Below, one piece after another: positions 25,200-38,139 of a stretch of DNA of 64,000 nucleotides; position 1 is the stretch's first letter; each line of letters opens with the position of its first letter. Below the pieces are notes generated by a model. The model saw nothing but the letters and a program-made list of their open reading frames with translations. It had not been told where the DNA came from and did not search any database. Made by a program: the position numbers and the translations under genes. Origin of the DNA: Bispira polyomma (lineage: Eukaryota); the NCBI GenBank assembly GCA_965649765.1, contig OZ287753.1, positions 69,006,001-69,070,000 on the forward strand. The letters run 5' to 3'.

Positions 25200-28100
25200 C
25201 ACTGGGGGTTGTAAACTGTCCAAATTTATATTTATTATACATTAATATTGATGTATTCTTTTTTAAGAGGTGACCCATGGACAAAGGCTAGAACTATGTA
25301 GTACAGGGATATTTAATAATTTAATCTGATTGTTTGTCTGCATGGTCTTTGACCATTTAAATAGCAGGGTTATGTAACCAGGTTTAAATAACATGTCCCC
25401 TCTGGCCAAATGTTTAAGGGAAGAAAACGCTGCCACAGAGTGTGGACACAAATTAGAAAGCCTTAAAAAAATGAAAAAAAAAACTGGTCAAGTAGACAGC
25501 CTTAAAGATCTGACCTATATAAGTACTGTTGCACTTGGCAACCAAGACAGTTAACAAAGGAATATCAAAAAGTGTTTTAAGTTTTGCCTATAAAGGTTTG
25601 TTAATGGCAAGAGCCCTGCTATATTAAGATACGCGTGGATGTACAAAGCAGTCCACATTAACATGAAAAAGAATTAAAAAAAGAAAGATTTAACAGCTGA
25701 AAGGTGATTAGTTATTCGAGCAGCTGAGATATGATTAAAGTTCAGAAATTCTAAGAACGACAAAATTCTAAACACAGTCACCTGATGTAGTGACCACTGC
25801 ATAAAGGCCCCAAAAGCCAGAAAAAGCCTCAACATGGCATCATAGGCCCTGGCTGTAGACTCAGCAAAATCAAAATGCAATCTCTTACAGGCTCTACTTG
25901 TTACCACGGAATGGATGCATTCCTGAAACACAATACCACATACAACGTACAAACATTGTAAATTGTGTGATCAATTTCCAGTAGATTGACATTGGCTTGG
26001 AGCCAGTTAACAGGGCCCACCCATTGGGCAAGTAGGTACTCATTATTACTAACTTTATCACAGCGAGAGAGGAGGTCTGCAACCTTGTTATTTATACCCA
26101 AAATATGAATCACTCTGATATCTATGTCATATTTGCTAGCCCACATATAAATATTTCTGGTATATGCAGCAAGTACAGGATCTTAAGTACGCCCAGTTTC
26201 CAAGACACTAACTACTGCCTGATTATCACACTTAAACACAACCTTTTTACCTTGCCATACACTGGACCACAATTTGAGGGCCACAAGTATATTGATCATT
26301 TCAAGGGATGCTATATTATCACTGATCATATTCTGATGTATATTTAATTTATATGCGTCATTGCCACAAATCCCCCCATGCCAGTTAAACATGAATCTAG
26401 CTCCACCTGAGCATGGGTAGTCTTATGCGAAAAGAGGCAGACGCCATTAAAACACCTCATAAAGGTTCTGAACCAATTTAAATCACGCTGGAAGTCCTCA
26501 GTGATTGTAAACCGACTTTTACTATAGTTGTCTCTGAGAAACTGTAACATGCGATTAAGGAATACCCTGGCATATTTTATGCACTTGGCTACATATAACA
26601 GGGAGCCCAATAGGGATTGTAGTTCTTTTTTAGTACAGAATTTTTTTTACTTGCCACAAGGCACATTATTCTTTTATTTCATGCATTTTTTCATCCGGGA
26701 TAGAGGTAGTGTAATTCTCGTGTCTATTAGTATTTATATCATTCTGGCTTTGCCACTTTTTGTGAGTGTCATCGCTCCGAGCTTTAGTTAGCAGTTCCCG
26801 TTTATTGCGCTTCTGCTTGAGCTCCAAAGCATATTTGTCAGAAGGGACAGCTGAATCACTTTGGGTTGCTGTCAGATTTGTGATTAATTTTGTGTCACTA
26901 TTGTGAGTTATAATGTTATTACCAATAGGGTTACTTTTACCCACACATTGTTGAGGTTCCTTGTTAGCACTTCTGCTTTCATTTACATTGTTCTCGACCT
27001 CCCCATTTTTGTCACCCAACGCAGCAATGGTTTGGCTAAGAGGTTGAAATCTATTGTGCCACAAAAAACCTCGACCGACATTTTGAATCAATAGTGTTTT
27101 GGTTGTATTCCCTTGCCCTAGCTCACAGGTAGCATGTTTGTTTTGCGTGGCTGGCACAAAGGAAATGCCACATTTATTTACAGATTTTACACCCAAGGCT
27201 TTGTTAAAGTGTGAGGGAGTCTGGCTGTGTGCTTTTTTAACACCAAATGCAGCTGAATTTGCATCCCCCAAAAACCACATACCCACTAGTAATCAAAACT
27301 ACTAAAACCCGATCTGTAAAATATTCTTGAAAATATGTCTACTTTTTTGTTGTCCACTGCAAAGTTGCTTTTCACTGCAGAGGAGCTTTTCAACATCTGA
27401 CCATTTAACCTTGCCCATCTCTATGTGGGTGAGCACAACGGCATGGCAGGCTTTAGCGGATTCCCACGAGAAGTCCTCAGCGTCTTCCATTAAATTTGCC
27501 ATATAATCTAACATGATTTCTCTCATTTCATTTGACTTCTCTTCTTGAATTATACGGGTGAAACCCTCAGTTTTTTATACTCTTTGTGTTACACGTACTA
27601 GACTTATGCGTGCTCCCACAGGTTTCACAAACGTGCTTAAAGTAAGTACTCCCAGTTTTATGTCTATTGGGAAACTTGCATGTCCCGTCTTGAAAAAATT
27701 TGCAGTTTGCTGGGGAATGCTTGGCCGATGCATGCGTTTTATTCGAACCACGGTTATTGCTACCAGAGCCGCTGCTAGCAATGTGTCTTTGGGCATGAGC
27801 CTTTTTGAATCTGTCAAGCTTTTCAACCTCCGTCCATTTAACCTTGCCCATCTCTATGTGGGTGAGCACGATGGCATGGCAGGGTTTAGCTGATTCTTAC
27901 GAGAAGTCCTCAGCGTCTTCCATTAAATTTGCCATATAATCTAACATGATTTTTCTAATTTCATTTGACTTCTCTTCTTGAGTTATACGGGTGAAACCAC
28001 ATACCCACTAGTTGACTGATAAGTCATCGTATGTAGGCCTGGATTTAAAACTGCCCATTAGGACGTGGTTTTGAAGCCATTCTACAACACACTTGACTAA

Positions 28101-28920
28101 GACGCCCCCCCCCCCCCCCTTTGTGATTTTAATTTACCTTGCTGTGGGTTTTCGTTTAGTTGTTTTAACTCTGCTAGTCTTAGTTCAACTTGACTTTGAA
28201 TTTGAGTGTTCTTACGTAGGAAGTCTAAACTGGGAATTACATTTTCAGTGGAGAGAGCTTCACTACCATCATTGCTCACGGAACTATTAGCGACAACATA
28301 ATTTGAAACATTACTAGCCTGATTTTTGTTGTGGACATTCGCCGCCAGTGCTGCCTCTGTTTGCTGAACTCTCTGATCCATCCGCTTCATCATTTGCGCC
28401 ATGGACTGAAGCAATATTTAGTTAGAAATAATGTCAGAACTTGTACTTAAAGTAGAAGCGGATGAATCCTCAGCAGAGCCAGCACTGACAGTGGCGTCAA
28501 CACAAAGGGCTTCAAGAGTACAGGCAGTCTCAACGGGTCTCTCGTGCTTCCCCTGACATTTCGAGCATTTAAATACTGGAGGCATTGTAACGTTTAAAAC
28601 CACATAAAATTGACTAAAATACTAAAAACTAAAATAAAACTAAATACTAAAAATTGGAAACATAAAACTTGAATTTCCAAGATGTCTGTTCCAAAGTTTG
28701 TTGTTCTGTGAAGACTATTGTTATAAATGGCGGGACGTTTAAATAAGGCTGCCTTCTATACAGTCCGCAAGCAGTGAAGCGTGCAGACTAAGACTGGTAC
28801 CCCAGAACTAAGAGCGCCAGAGCTGGGGCCCTGCTTTACATTATTATATACTTACACCAAGATACAAATAAGTTCAATACCTTGATAGAACTGCAGTTCC
28901 GAGGTACACTACCGTATAAA
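25200..28920 (-). mobile_element. Tyrosine-recombinase retrotransposon (DIRS/Ngaro-type) remnant; RT largely deleted
   Basis: Gag: MPPVFKCSKCQGKHERP and MANLMEDAEDFSWESAKACHAVVL..W, with a CKFFQDGTC..H finger. RNase H: GSLLYVAKC..ARVFLNRML, ELDSCLTGMGG, NIASLEMIN, CDNQAVV, NKVADLLSR. YR: AESTARAY, FSNLCP, FKWSKTMQ, SSLCP. Confidence 0.88.
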
Positions 28921-29009
28921 GGCATATTTTTTATTTTAAAAGCTGATATTTTACTTCATATAAGGTTTAATTAAAACCAGATAAGATACCATTGGTTAAA
29001 TACTACTAC

Positions 29010-30330
29010 TAATAATTGAAACATTTATAGAATGCAAAAGGTCGTTATCAGAAGGCATCCACCAAAGAAAGGGTGACTAAGGAGGGGGGTAGACCAGTCT
29101 GAAACCAAAGATTTTATCCTGTGATTTGAAAGTTTGTGGAAGTTTGTACCCTTCAACAGGAGCTGCAATTCTAAAGGAGCGCCTGCCAATTTTTCTATTT
29201 GGTTGGATTCAGGAAACAGAGAGATGGTTTCCCTGGGTAAGGCTACTAGATTCGATGAATGAGGACAAATAAGTATTGTCCTTAAATAAGTATTGTCCTT
29301 AAATAAGTATTGTCCTTATTAATACCGCTCGGAGAGTAAGAGAGGATCTGATCCAATCAAGGACAGTGCCATTTAATCCGAACCATTGTTTAAGGGTGTC
29401 ACAAAGTAGGCTATGGTCAATGGTGTCGAAAGCTGCTGAGCAATCTAAAAGGGTGAGGACCACGGTTCCGTTGCGGTCCAATGCAAGGTTAATATTATTG
29501 CTGATAAAAAAAAGGCGCTTTCTGTAGAGTGAAACTTTCGGTACACAGATGGAGACGATTTTCAATATTATGTGTGTTTACGTGGTCAGAAATTTGTTTT
29601 ACCACAGCTTTCTCAATAAGTTTGGAGATCAAGCTGAGATTTGACACTGGTCTGTACTTATTAAGCAGGTTTTTATCAAGCCTTGGTTTGTTTTAGCAAG
29701 GGAGTAACATTTGCAGTTTTAAAACAAGTAGGGAAAATACAATCCCAAAGATAAAAATGAGAATAATGACTGCGATTGCATCTAGTTCGTAAGATTTAAT
29801 AGAAGAAGATTTCATGAGTTTTAGAACATCCTTCTCCGAAAGTGTGTGGAAGTGAAAAAGTTTAGAAAAGGAGTTGGAGGACAGAAATGAGGTGTCACGG
29901 ATGTTGCTTATTTTCTCAATAAAAAATTTGCAAAATTTATCGACTAAAAATGTAAGGCAATGATTGACGGAGAGAACTTCCTCAGATGTTCGATGAAGAA
30001 TTTTATTTATAGAAGCCCATAGCTTTTTGGGGTTGTGTTTCTTTTTACTGATGATAGAGTCAGAGTGTTGCATTTTGGCACTAGTTATTAACATGTTGAA
30101 GTGGTTTGTGGCAATGCCAACTTCTATCAAGCGAGGGTTTGGTACGTCGCCCCCCACGTTTTGAAGCCTTAGGGAGTATAATAATTTGAACCCCGGATGA
30201 ATTATTTCAGTCAAGAAAGATGTAGTATCTCTACTACTCAACTGCATCCCGGAGATAGCAGCAACATCTAGGTCGTGAGCAGTGATCAATTTAATGATGG
30301 CGGGTGCCTTATTCCACACAGATCAGACGC
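29010..30330 (-). mobile_element. CR1/L2 LINE ORF2 remnant with internal deletions
   Basis: Endonuclease-like start (ORF 29693-30319), RPVSNLSLISKLIEKAV, LTLLDCSAAFDTIDH, then the 3' tail. Confidence 0.85.
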
Positions 30331-31059
30331 ATGGATGCATGGATTAGTGCTGACATCTCTGCAGAGTGCAGTAAGTAAAGGGATCCACAGGTTTTTTTTT
30401 ACATGACCAATTATGTCACAAAACAAAGTGTCACAAGTGTATGCATAATATCTTTAAGTAGCCATAGGTATTACAACTTTATCACATGTGTTAAGGTATA
30501 TGTAACATATGATAGCTTTTAAAAGGCAACACTACACGAGGACATTGTGTAGACTTATTTCCAACTATCTACGGTCGCTATCAATTCCATACTTGTATGT
30601 TGATAAAGAGAAATTATTATTACGGTCTTTATTTGAATTAAATGCATTCAATATTAACGAATTGATACAAATGTTCACCCAATACTATGTACATGATGAA
30701 ATAACACTATTTTAAGGGTAAATATATAAAGTATATTATTTCAGTGACGAAAATCCCACAAATCTCAGTAATTGTGATTTCTGATTGTTCTTATTTGTAT
30801 CATATCTACTGTATATTGGCGAAGATTTGTAAATGTTTTCTATATGAAAATAAAGCCATATTTTATTATTAATTCTAGTAAAAATTAATTCAAATTTAAT
30901 AATCACATTACGTGTATTTTAAAATAAATGGTATATCAATTACTAAACCACATAAGCATGGTAACTTCTCAGTTTGTTGAATCATTTGTCAGGAAAATTA
31001 TATATATTAACATAAATTACTTCTTAAATGGACTTATTAAATAAAAATGAATTAAAATT

Positions 31060-31600
31060 AACCTTGCCTTGGATCGTAATCAAAATGTGACTCTCACCCA
31101 TCTAGTTCTCTCGGCAGCCATTAATACTATGCACTGTGATCTACTTTTCCTCACCCTGAAGCAGTTGTTTGGATTTAATGACAAAGATTGGATTAGATCC
31201 TATCACGTACACTTCCAGAACCCCAAAATCAAACTAGACGATCACTTTTCATCTTTATTCACCCCACCTTTGGGAGTACCCTGGGGGTTAGGCCATGGGC
31301 CTCTACTATTTACACTCTACACACATCCCCTCAGTACAGTTATCAATAATTACAACATTTAACACCATATGTATGCTGACGACACTCAAATCCATCTCTC
31401 TTTCAACACCCAAAACGCCCACAAAAATCTCTGGGTCTACTTGCTGACTGTCTTTCCTCAGTACAAGATTGGATGAATTGCTCCCAATTGGAATTACATC
31501 CTGACAAAACTGAATCTATTCCTATTGGTAGTAAGAAATCGGTGACTACTTCAGATCATTATTTCCCATTACACCATTGGGCAATGATATACAGGCTTCT
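31060..31600 (+). mobile_element. CR1/L2 RT fragment
   Basis: [40 protein letters not shown]. Confidence 0.85.
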
Positions 31601-31624
31601 GTGTAAAACTTACTTTCATGACCA

Positions 31625-31962
31625 TCCATTTCGTCACTATTTTGGCAAGCGGTCACTTTTGTCACTATTTTGGCAAGGGGTCACTTTTGTTGCCACTATT
31701 TTTACAAGAGGTCACTTTTGTCAACCCCACTTCTACAAGGGGTCACTTTTGTCACCACCATTTTTGAAAGTGGTCACTTTTGTCACTATTTTGGCAAGGG
31801 GTCACTTTTGTCAACCCCATTTTTACAGGGGGGTCACTTTTGATAACCTCATTTTTACAAGGGGTCATTTTCATCACCATCATTTTTACAAGGGGTCATT
31901 TTCATTACCATTTTTGCAAGGGGTCATTTTCGTTACCAACATTTTCGAAAGGGGTCATTTTA
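31625..31962. repeat. Minisatellite, about 30-bp unit
   Basis: Tandem GGGGTCACTTTTGTCACCACCATTTTTACAA-like units. Confidence 0.9.
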
Positions 31963-32903
31963 TTACATTCTATTATCGTCAAAGATAATGAAAACCATTT
32001 CTGTATTACATTTATTTGCATCCATTAACTCATTATTTTAAATTAATTTCCAATTCAGTCTTATTTAATAACATGCATTGTCTTAAGTAATAAGTGATTA
32101 AGTATAAAGCTAAACTATGAGTAGCTTTAGATGGTACTGTTGCTAGTAATATCCCTCTTTGCTTTGTATAATGCCCCATAAATAATATTGCACTATGTTA
32201 ACAATAATTAAATTTTACATTAATGTAAATGAATATATTTGGTTACTATAAATTTTTAGCTTTGTTTTCTAAATTAAACTTTTCAAAAATACACGTAAAA
32301 AAAGCAATGTCACATAAACCACTATAAGTTAGTGTATGTAAACATAGACGCTCCCACAAGTGACAAATACTGTGGGCCTGTCTGTTGCACGGGACGTAAA
32401 ACCCTCAACTTTGACTTTACACAGATATTCGTAGATTATTAGCCCACGTGAAAGAACCCATAAATCGACAATATTACAAAGTGCCGCTCCTATTAAAATT
32501 CTATCAAAAGCGGAAAACACCTGAAACGTCTCAATACCTCAATACACCAGGTTACAGCTAGCTTTGAAAGTAATATTCAGATATAATATGGTAATATGCT
32601 GTGAATATTCCATATACATGCAATTTGAGAGACAGGCCTGGATACCTGGACGCTTATTTTTTAAAAAAGAGGAAATCAACAGTGTCTGCAGATTAGTCCC
32701 CCCCCCCCCCCCCCCAAGAAAAAGCGGAAAGAAATTGGGAAATAACAAACCAATTTTCTTCTTTTTTTTCAATCAATTGGTCGGGATATGTATTTAAAGT
32801 TCACACAGACTAGACATACAATTTTAAAATAGTATAGAAACAAAACTTATTCCTTTTGTCTCAAAGTTTGTGTTGTTTATTACGCTGGATATATGTTAAT
32901 ATA

Positions 32904-33029
32904 ATGGCATTATTAAATCATCATAAAATGGGACTGTCTGCATTTATAATATTATGTTCACTGATTGTTGGAGCGACCATGGCTAAATCCTTACGTCACA
33001 CAGAGAGGGCTGGATCTGACCCCACACGG
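32904..33029 (+). CDS. TNF-receptor-like gene, exon 1 (signal peptide)
   Basis: MALLNHHKMGLSAFIILCSLIVGATMAKSLRHTERAGSDPTR followed by GTAAGT, phase 0. Alternative start at 32928. Confidence 0.7.
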
Positions 33030-33056
33030 GTAAGTGGTGAACTAATGGGGTTCCAT

Positions 33057-33274
33057 TAGATGTGGTTATCACGGCGAACGTCAGCCTGCTGTCTTATCGC
33101 CGTGACACGAACCCACATAGAACTGGAGATTTCTAAAAACACTTACTTGACATTTTCCAGAACATTCTGGGTTTGGCACAGCCAAGTAAGTGTTTTAGAA
33201 ATCTCCAGTTCTATGTGGGTTCGTGTAATGGCGACAAGACAGCAGACTGCCGTTTGCAGCGGTAACCACGGCTA
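33057..33274. mobile_element. Palindromic (fold-back) MITE
   Basis: ACACGAACCCACATAGAACTGGAGATTTCTAAAAACACTTACTTG pairs with CAAGTAAGTGTTTTAGAAATCTCCAGTTCTATGTGGGTTCGTGT; the arms extend to both ends. Confidence 0.85.
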
Positions 33275-33405
33275 GGGTCTCCTAAACGACGAAAACGGCC
33301 CAATTTTGGCGAAGATTATATATATAAAAAGGGGTAAAGGGGTCGTGTAATTATTAAGGAGTATTTCCTGGGAATTCTGCGATTTCGACGTTCATTTCTT
33401 GTCTA

Positions 33406-33618
33406 CACGGGCGGTCACAATACCGGTCGGGTCACAATACCGTCCGTTGCACTTTTGAAGACTTTACCAACGCACATTAACACTAAAAACACGTACTACT
33501 TCATGTCTATGAATTAAAGTACAAAATACATGGTTTTATTTCAAATAAATCTACATTTGAAGCATTCAAATGTGCATTGAACGGTATTGTGACCCGACCG
33601 GTATTGTGACCGCCCGTG
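33406..33618. mobile_element. MITE with perfect TIRs and TA TSD
   Basis: TA|CACGGGCGGTCACAATACCGGTCGGGTCACAATACCGT ... ACGGTATTGTGACCCGACCGGTATTGTGACCGCCCGTG|TA. Confidence 0.9.
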
Positions 33619-35095
33619 TAAAGTCGTATATGAGTGCATAGTAACTGCAACTATAATGTCCCATTACAGATGCGCTTGGTCAAAGATTAATCATGTGGGT
33701 TAAATTGAGTTCTACAGAACACCCAACGAGGTAGCAGGAAATATTTACACACATTTACACATAAAAATATCTATAGTACATATGCTGATATGTACTGTGA
33801 AATATGTACACTGACTCCTTTGTAAAATTAATCCGTCAAATTCAGACAACGTAAACCCTTATCAGCGTAGTACAATGTATGAAGAATACTTTGATCCAAT
33901 AACCTTTTAGAAAAGTACTGCTGTAAAAAGTATAAAGCCATGAAAGGAATATATACTTGATAACCACATATGTATTATATAACGCCATTAAAACCAAAAA
34001 GGAGTCGGTGTACTTCATCTAGAACAAGTGCACATGGTTACTTTGGGTGTTTATGTGTTAATGAACTGAGAGGAATATTGTATTCGTTTTAGGAATTGTA
34101 TTCAATTTAGGAATATCTCGGTTAATTGGGCACAGAGTACTTGTACATAAGATGTCCGAACAGTAGCTCCGATACAGATTCCAGCATTATGTTTCAAAAT
34201 CCTGGTTTATCTCAGTTTTGAAACCCTGGATTACTAGCACTATATATATATGGCCTTCATGGGGCCCGGACAGCCGTGGATACAAACCTGTTAAGACCCT
34301 GGAACACCCTGATAATCTGGACACAGCTATAGTCTGCATGAGGAAAATTTTGGATGCAATATGCTCACAGCTTCCGTGGATATAATTCAGAGGTAAATCA
34401 CATCCACAATATTAACCATGATGCAGTGTGATTGACTATACAATTAACATAGTCATAACCTTTATTTAAGCCATTTCAAAGCCAAGAAAAAACTATTGCT
34501 GGGGACTGAAGGAAATGTTAAGGGTAGCCCATAAAATACATTTGGCGGTGTCCTTATCTGCATTCATAAAATAGCGGTCAGTAATAAATGATGGCACTTA
34601 ACTACACTCGTTCGCATTTGTATCTGCAAAAAAGTTGGCTCCGTTCCGCAGATCCAGCAAGTACCGTTCTTTTAATTCGGATGCGGAACGAAGTGACATT
34701 TAATTGTTTTATCTGGCGCTTGGACACCACACATAGTTGTGTAGACATTGGGACTTGTAAATTTAATTATTAATTTATATATATTTTTTTGATTGATTGA
34801 CTTTTATAATGTTGAATATCATAGAATATATTATATTAGATAATAATATTTCTTGTTATATAGATAAAATGTCTGGATTTACTGAAAACGCACATACCTG
34901 ACAGATTACGCTCGGCATTCAATAACTCCCTTACATATATAGCAGGGATTCTGTTGTGCTAACAATTTCCTATTCCCAGGAACTGAACTTTTTGGAATAT
35001 CGACTGTTCCCCGACAGAGAATCCATTAAATTTTGGACCGGTTCCGGGTAGAAGGACAATCGGGGCTACTTTTCACTTTTTCATAGTCACCTTAA

Positions 35096-35775
35096 GTGGT
35101 GGCTCCACATACAAGTTCGATCGGCAAAATGGGCCCGATTTTGAGATCGAGGCGATCGGAGGAAAAAAGACAGGAAACTGGAAGTGTGGGGTGACCTTGC
35201 AGATCGAACTGATTGTGTCCCATTTTGACGGGTCACCGACCACGATCGAACTTAAGGTCCATACTAAAACTTCCCTGGCCTCCCCGACCCAGGTTAAGAT
35301 TGAACTTACTGGCAATAGGATCTGATGTATCGCCCTTGGATAGAACATATCGACAATACAACCTGACGGATCCATATCTCCGACCATAAGGATCAAATGT
35401 CTAAAAATCAAAATCAGGACTTATTATGGTAAAATAACTGACAAAATGGGCTTTATAAGCTTTATATTCTTCCCGTTCACCCCGTTTTCGCCCCCCGACG
35501 TATACGTTTTAAAGGGCCAGTGTGGGGAAAGGCCTGAAGATGGAAAAGACCTATGAGACGTATTAACAATATGATCGAACTTATTTGCCGAAGCCGACCT
35601 TCCCATTTTTAAAGGTCGGGGAGGCAAATTGAGGTACTTTTAGAAAATTTTAAACGTGTTTAATATCCTTCCCGACCTTCCAGACTGCCCCGTTTTTGCC
35701 CCGACCTATACATACACGCCCAGGACCTCAAAATCAGGAAGGTCGCGGAAAAAATTGGCAATGTGGAACCACCAT
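35096..35775. mobile_element. MITE, longer member of the 546-923 family, opposite orientation
   Basis: TTAA|GTGGTGGCTCCACAT ... ATGTGGAACCACCAT|TTTA; the internal segments match 546-923. Confidence 0.8.
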
Positions 35776-36294
35776 TTTACTTGGCAGACATATGAGATCT
35801 ACTGTGTGACATTCTTTATTATATCCAAAAAGCATTGACATTTTGACACAAATATTGTGATATTGATACAAAAAAAAACAACAAATGGGCCAGAATATTG
35901 AGAAGATATTCAAAAGCAATTTTAAAGATTGATTTTCAGTCAAACTCAGGGTGGTTTTAAATTATTGTTTGGCCTTATCTGTTACAGCACCAGTATAGAC
36001 ATTCAAACACCCTAATGAAATTCATACAACAGGGAAAATCAAAATATAATGTATATGCAGGCAAACTTTACTTTGATCACTTAAAAATAAGATATAAGGT
36101 CAAGATCGATAAGTTTCTTTACAAGGTTTGGTGTTTTTATTTCCTATCAATCGAAATATTATTGCATGACCTAAAGTTAATTCCCGGTATTTTAGCTTAA
36201 AATCCCAACAGAAAGCTGTGAGAGTTGGACTTTTCTGGTTCTATTTTCATATACACTGAAGTGCTAAGTAACACAGTCCTATGGTTTGTTTCAG

Positions 36295-36451
36295 AAAGGG
36301 TCATGCACTGAAGTTGCAATCAAGGTGTTCCGAAAGCCAGACGGCACCTGTAGGGCGTGCACTGATTGTAATGCATCAGGGCTTCGAACTAGAGAACCAT
36401 GTTCAGAAAACAGGGATGAGACGTGCTACAATTTGTGTCTAGAGAGGGAAA
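36295..36451 (+). CDS. TNF-receptor-like gene, exon 2 (one TNFR cysteine-rich domain)
   Basis: TTTCAG acceptor; KGSCTEVAIKVFRKPDGTCRACTDCNASGLRTREPCSENRDETCYNLCLERE has C-x14-C-x2-C-x2-C-x10-C-x7-C spacing. The phase-1 donor (GTGTAA) is weak, so the 3' boundary is uncertain. Confidence 0.75.
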
Positions 36452-36619
36452 GTGTAAAGTGATAGTTTTACTGTGAGGGTTTTTTTTTTAGCATTTTTTA
36501 CATTTTAGCTGGAAGAAAATTGTAACTGGGAATTAATTTCCACTATCCCAACTAAAAGTTAAACAGATGATTAAAAATCATTCTTAGTGAAATTATCCGT
36601 CTATACAATTGTTAAAGTA

Positions 36620-37790
36620 GGGGCTATAACCAATTATCTACTGGGAGGGCTGTTGTAACTAATTATCTACTGAGAGGGCTGTTATACTACATAGTTACTG
36701 GGAGGGCTGTTGTAACTAATTAGCTACTGGGAGGGCTGTTAAAACTACGTAATTACTGGGAGGGCTGTTGTAACTAATTAGCTACTGGGAGGGCTGTTAT
36801 AACTACGTAGCTACTGGGAGGGCTGTTATAACTAATTAGCTACTAGGAGGGCTGTTATAACTAATTAGTTACTGGGAGGGCTGTTATAACTACATAGTTA
36901 GTAGGAGGGCTGTTATAACTAATTAGTTACTAGGATGGCTGTTATAACTAATTAGCTACTAGGAGGGCTGTTATGACTACTTAGTTACTGGGAGGGCTGT
37001 TATAACTACATAGTTAGTAGGAGGGCTGTTATAACTAATTAGTTACTATGAGGGCTGTTACTACTAATTAGTTACTGGGATGGCTGTTATAACTAATTAG
37101 CTACTAGGATGGCTGTTATGACTACATAGTTACTGGGAGGGCTGTTATAACTATGTAGCTACTGGGAAGGATGTTATAACTACATAGTTACTGGGAGGGC
37201 TGTTATAGCTACATGGTTACTGAAAGGGCTATTATAACTACATAGTTACTGAGAGGGCTGTTATAACTACATAGCTACTGGGAGGGTTGTTATAACTAAT
37301 TAGTTACTGGGAGGGCTGTTATAACTACATAGTTACTGAAAGGGCTATTTAACTACATAGTTACTGGGATGGTTGTAAAACTACATAGTTACTGGGATGA
37401 TTGTTATAACTACATAGTTACTGGGAGGGTTGTTATAAGTACATAGTAACTGGGAGGGCTGTTATAAGTACATAGTAACTGGGAGGGCTGTTATAGCTAC
37501 ATAGTTACTGGGAGGGCTGTTATAGCTACATAGTTACTGGGAGGGCTGTTATAACTACATAGTAACTGGGAGGGCTGTTATAACTACATAGTAACTGGGA
37601 GGGCTGTTATAGCTACATAGTAACTGGGAGGGCTGTTATAGCTACATAGTTACTGGAAGGGCTGTTATAACTACATAGCTACTGGGAGGGTCTGTTATAA
37701 CTAATTGGTTACTGGGAGGGCTGTTATATCTAATTAGTTACTGGGAGGGCTATTATGACTAATTAGTTACTGGAAGAGCTGTTATAGCGA
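36620..37790. repeat. Minisatellite, 29-bp unit
   Basis: Tandem GTTACTGGGAGGGCTGTTATAACTACATA and an ...AACTAATTA variant, roughly 40 copies. Confidence 0.95.
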
Positions 37791-38139
37791 GATAATCACT
37801 TGGTGAGGTGTTACAACTACGCACAGCACACTATCTGATCTCAAGTTACAACTACGCACAGCACACTATCTGATCTCAAGTTAGACTCACCCACCCCTAA
37901 GTCATTACAATCTAAGTCACGAGCCGGTAGGTTACTTAATATTATGGATTCCATTGGGTATATTTATCAAGGCCCAAAAAATTAAAAATTAACTAAATTT
38001 TGTTATAAGCTGTGATATTACCAATCTGAAAGAAAATGCTTTCGTTGATATTTCTGTGCTCTTAAACCACAAGGAAGAGTTTATTTAGTCACTGACCTTA
38101 CAAGATAAGCCACTTGAGAAAATTTTATTGGATTATGCT

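Noticed and set aside
31473-31988. 171-aa His/Phe-rich ORF
   Set aside because: A chance open frame through a LINE fragment and a 30-bp minisatellite.
36620-37790. CRISPR-like array or mucin-like coding stalk
   Set aside because: Units are directly adjacent with no unique spacers, and the 29-bp period contains stop codons. The same no-spacer argument applies to 22570-23090, 31625-31962 and 52495-52755.
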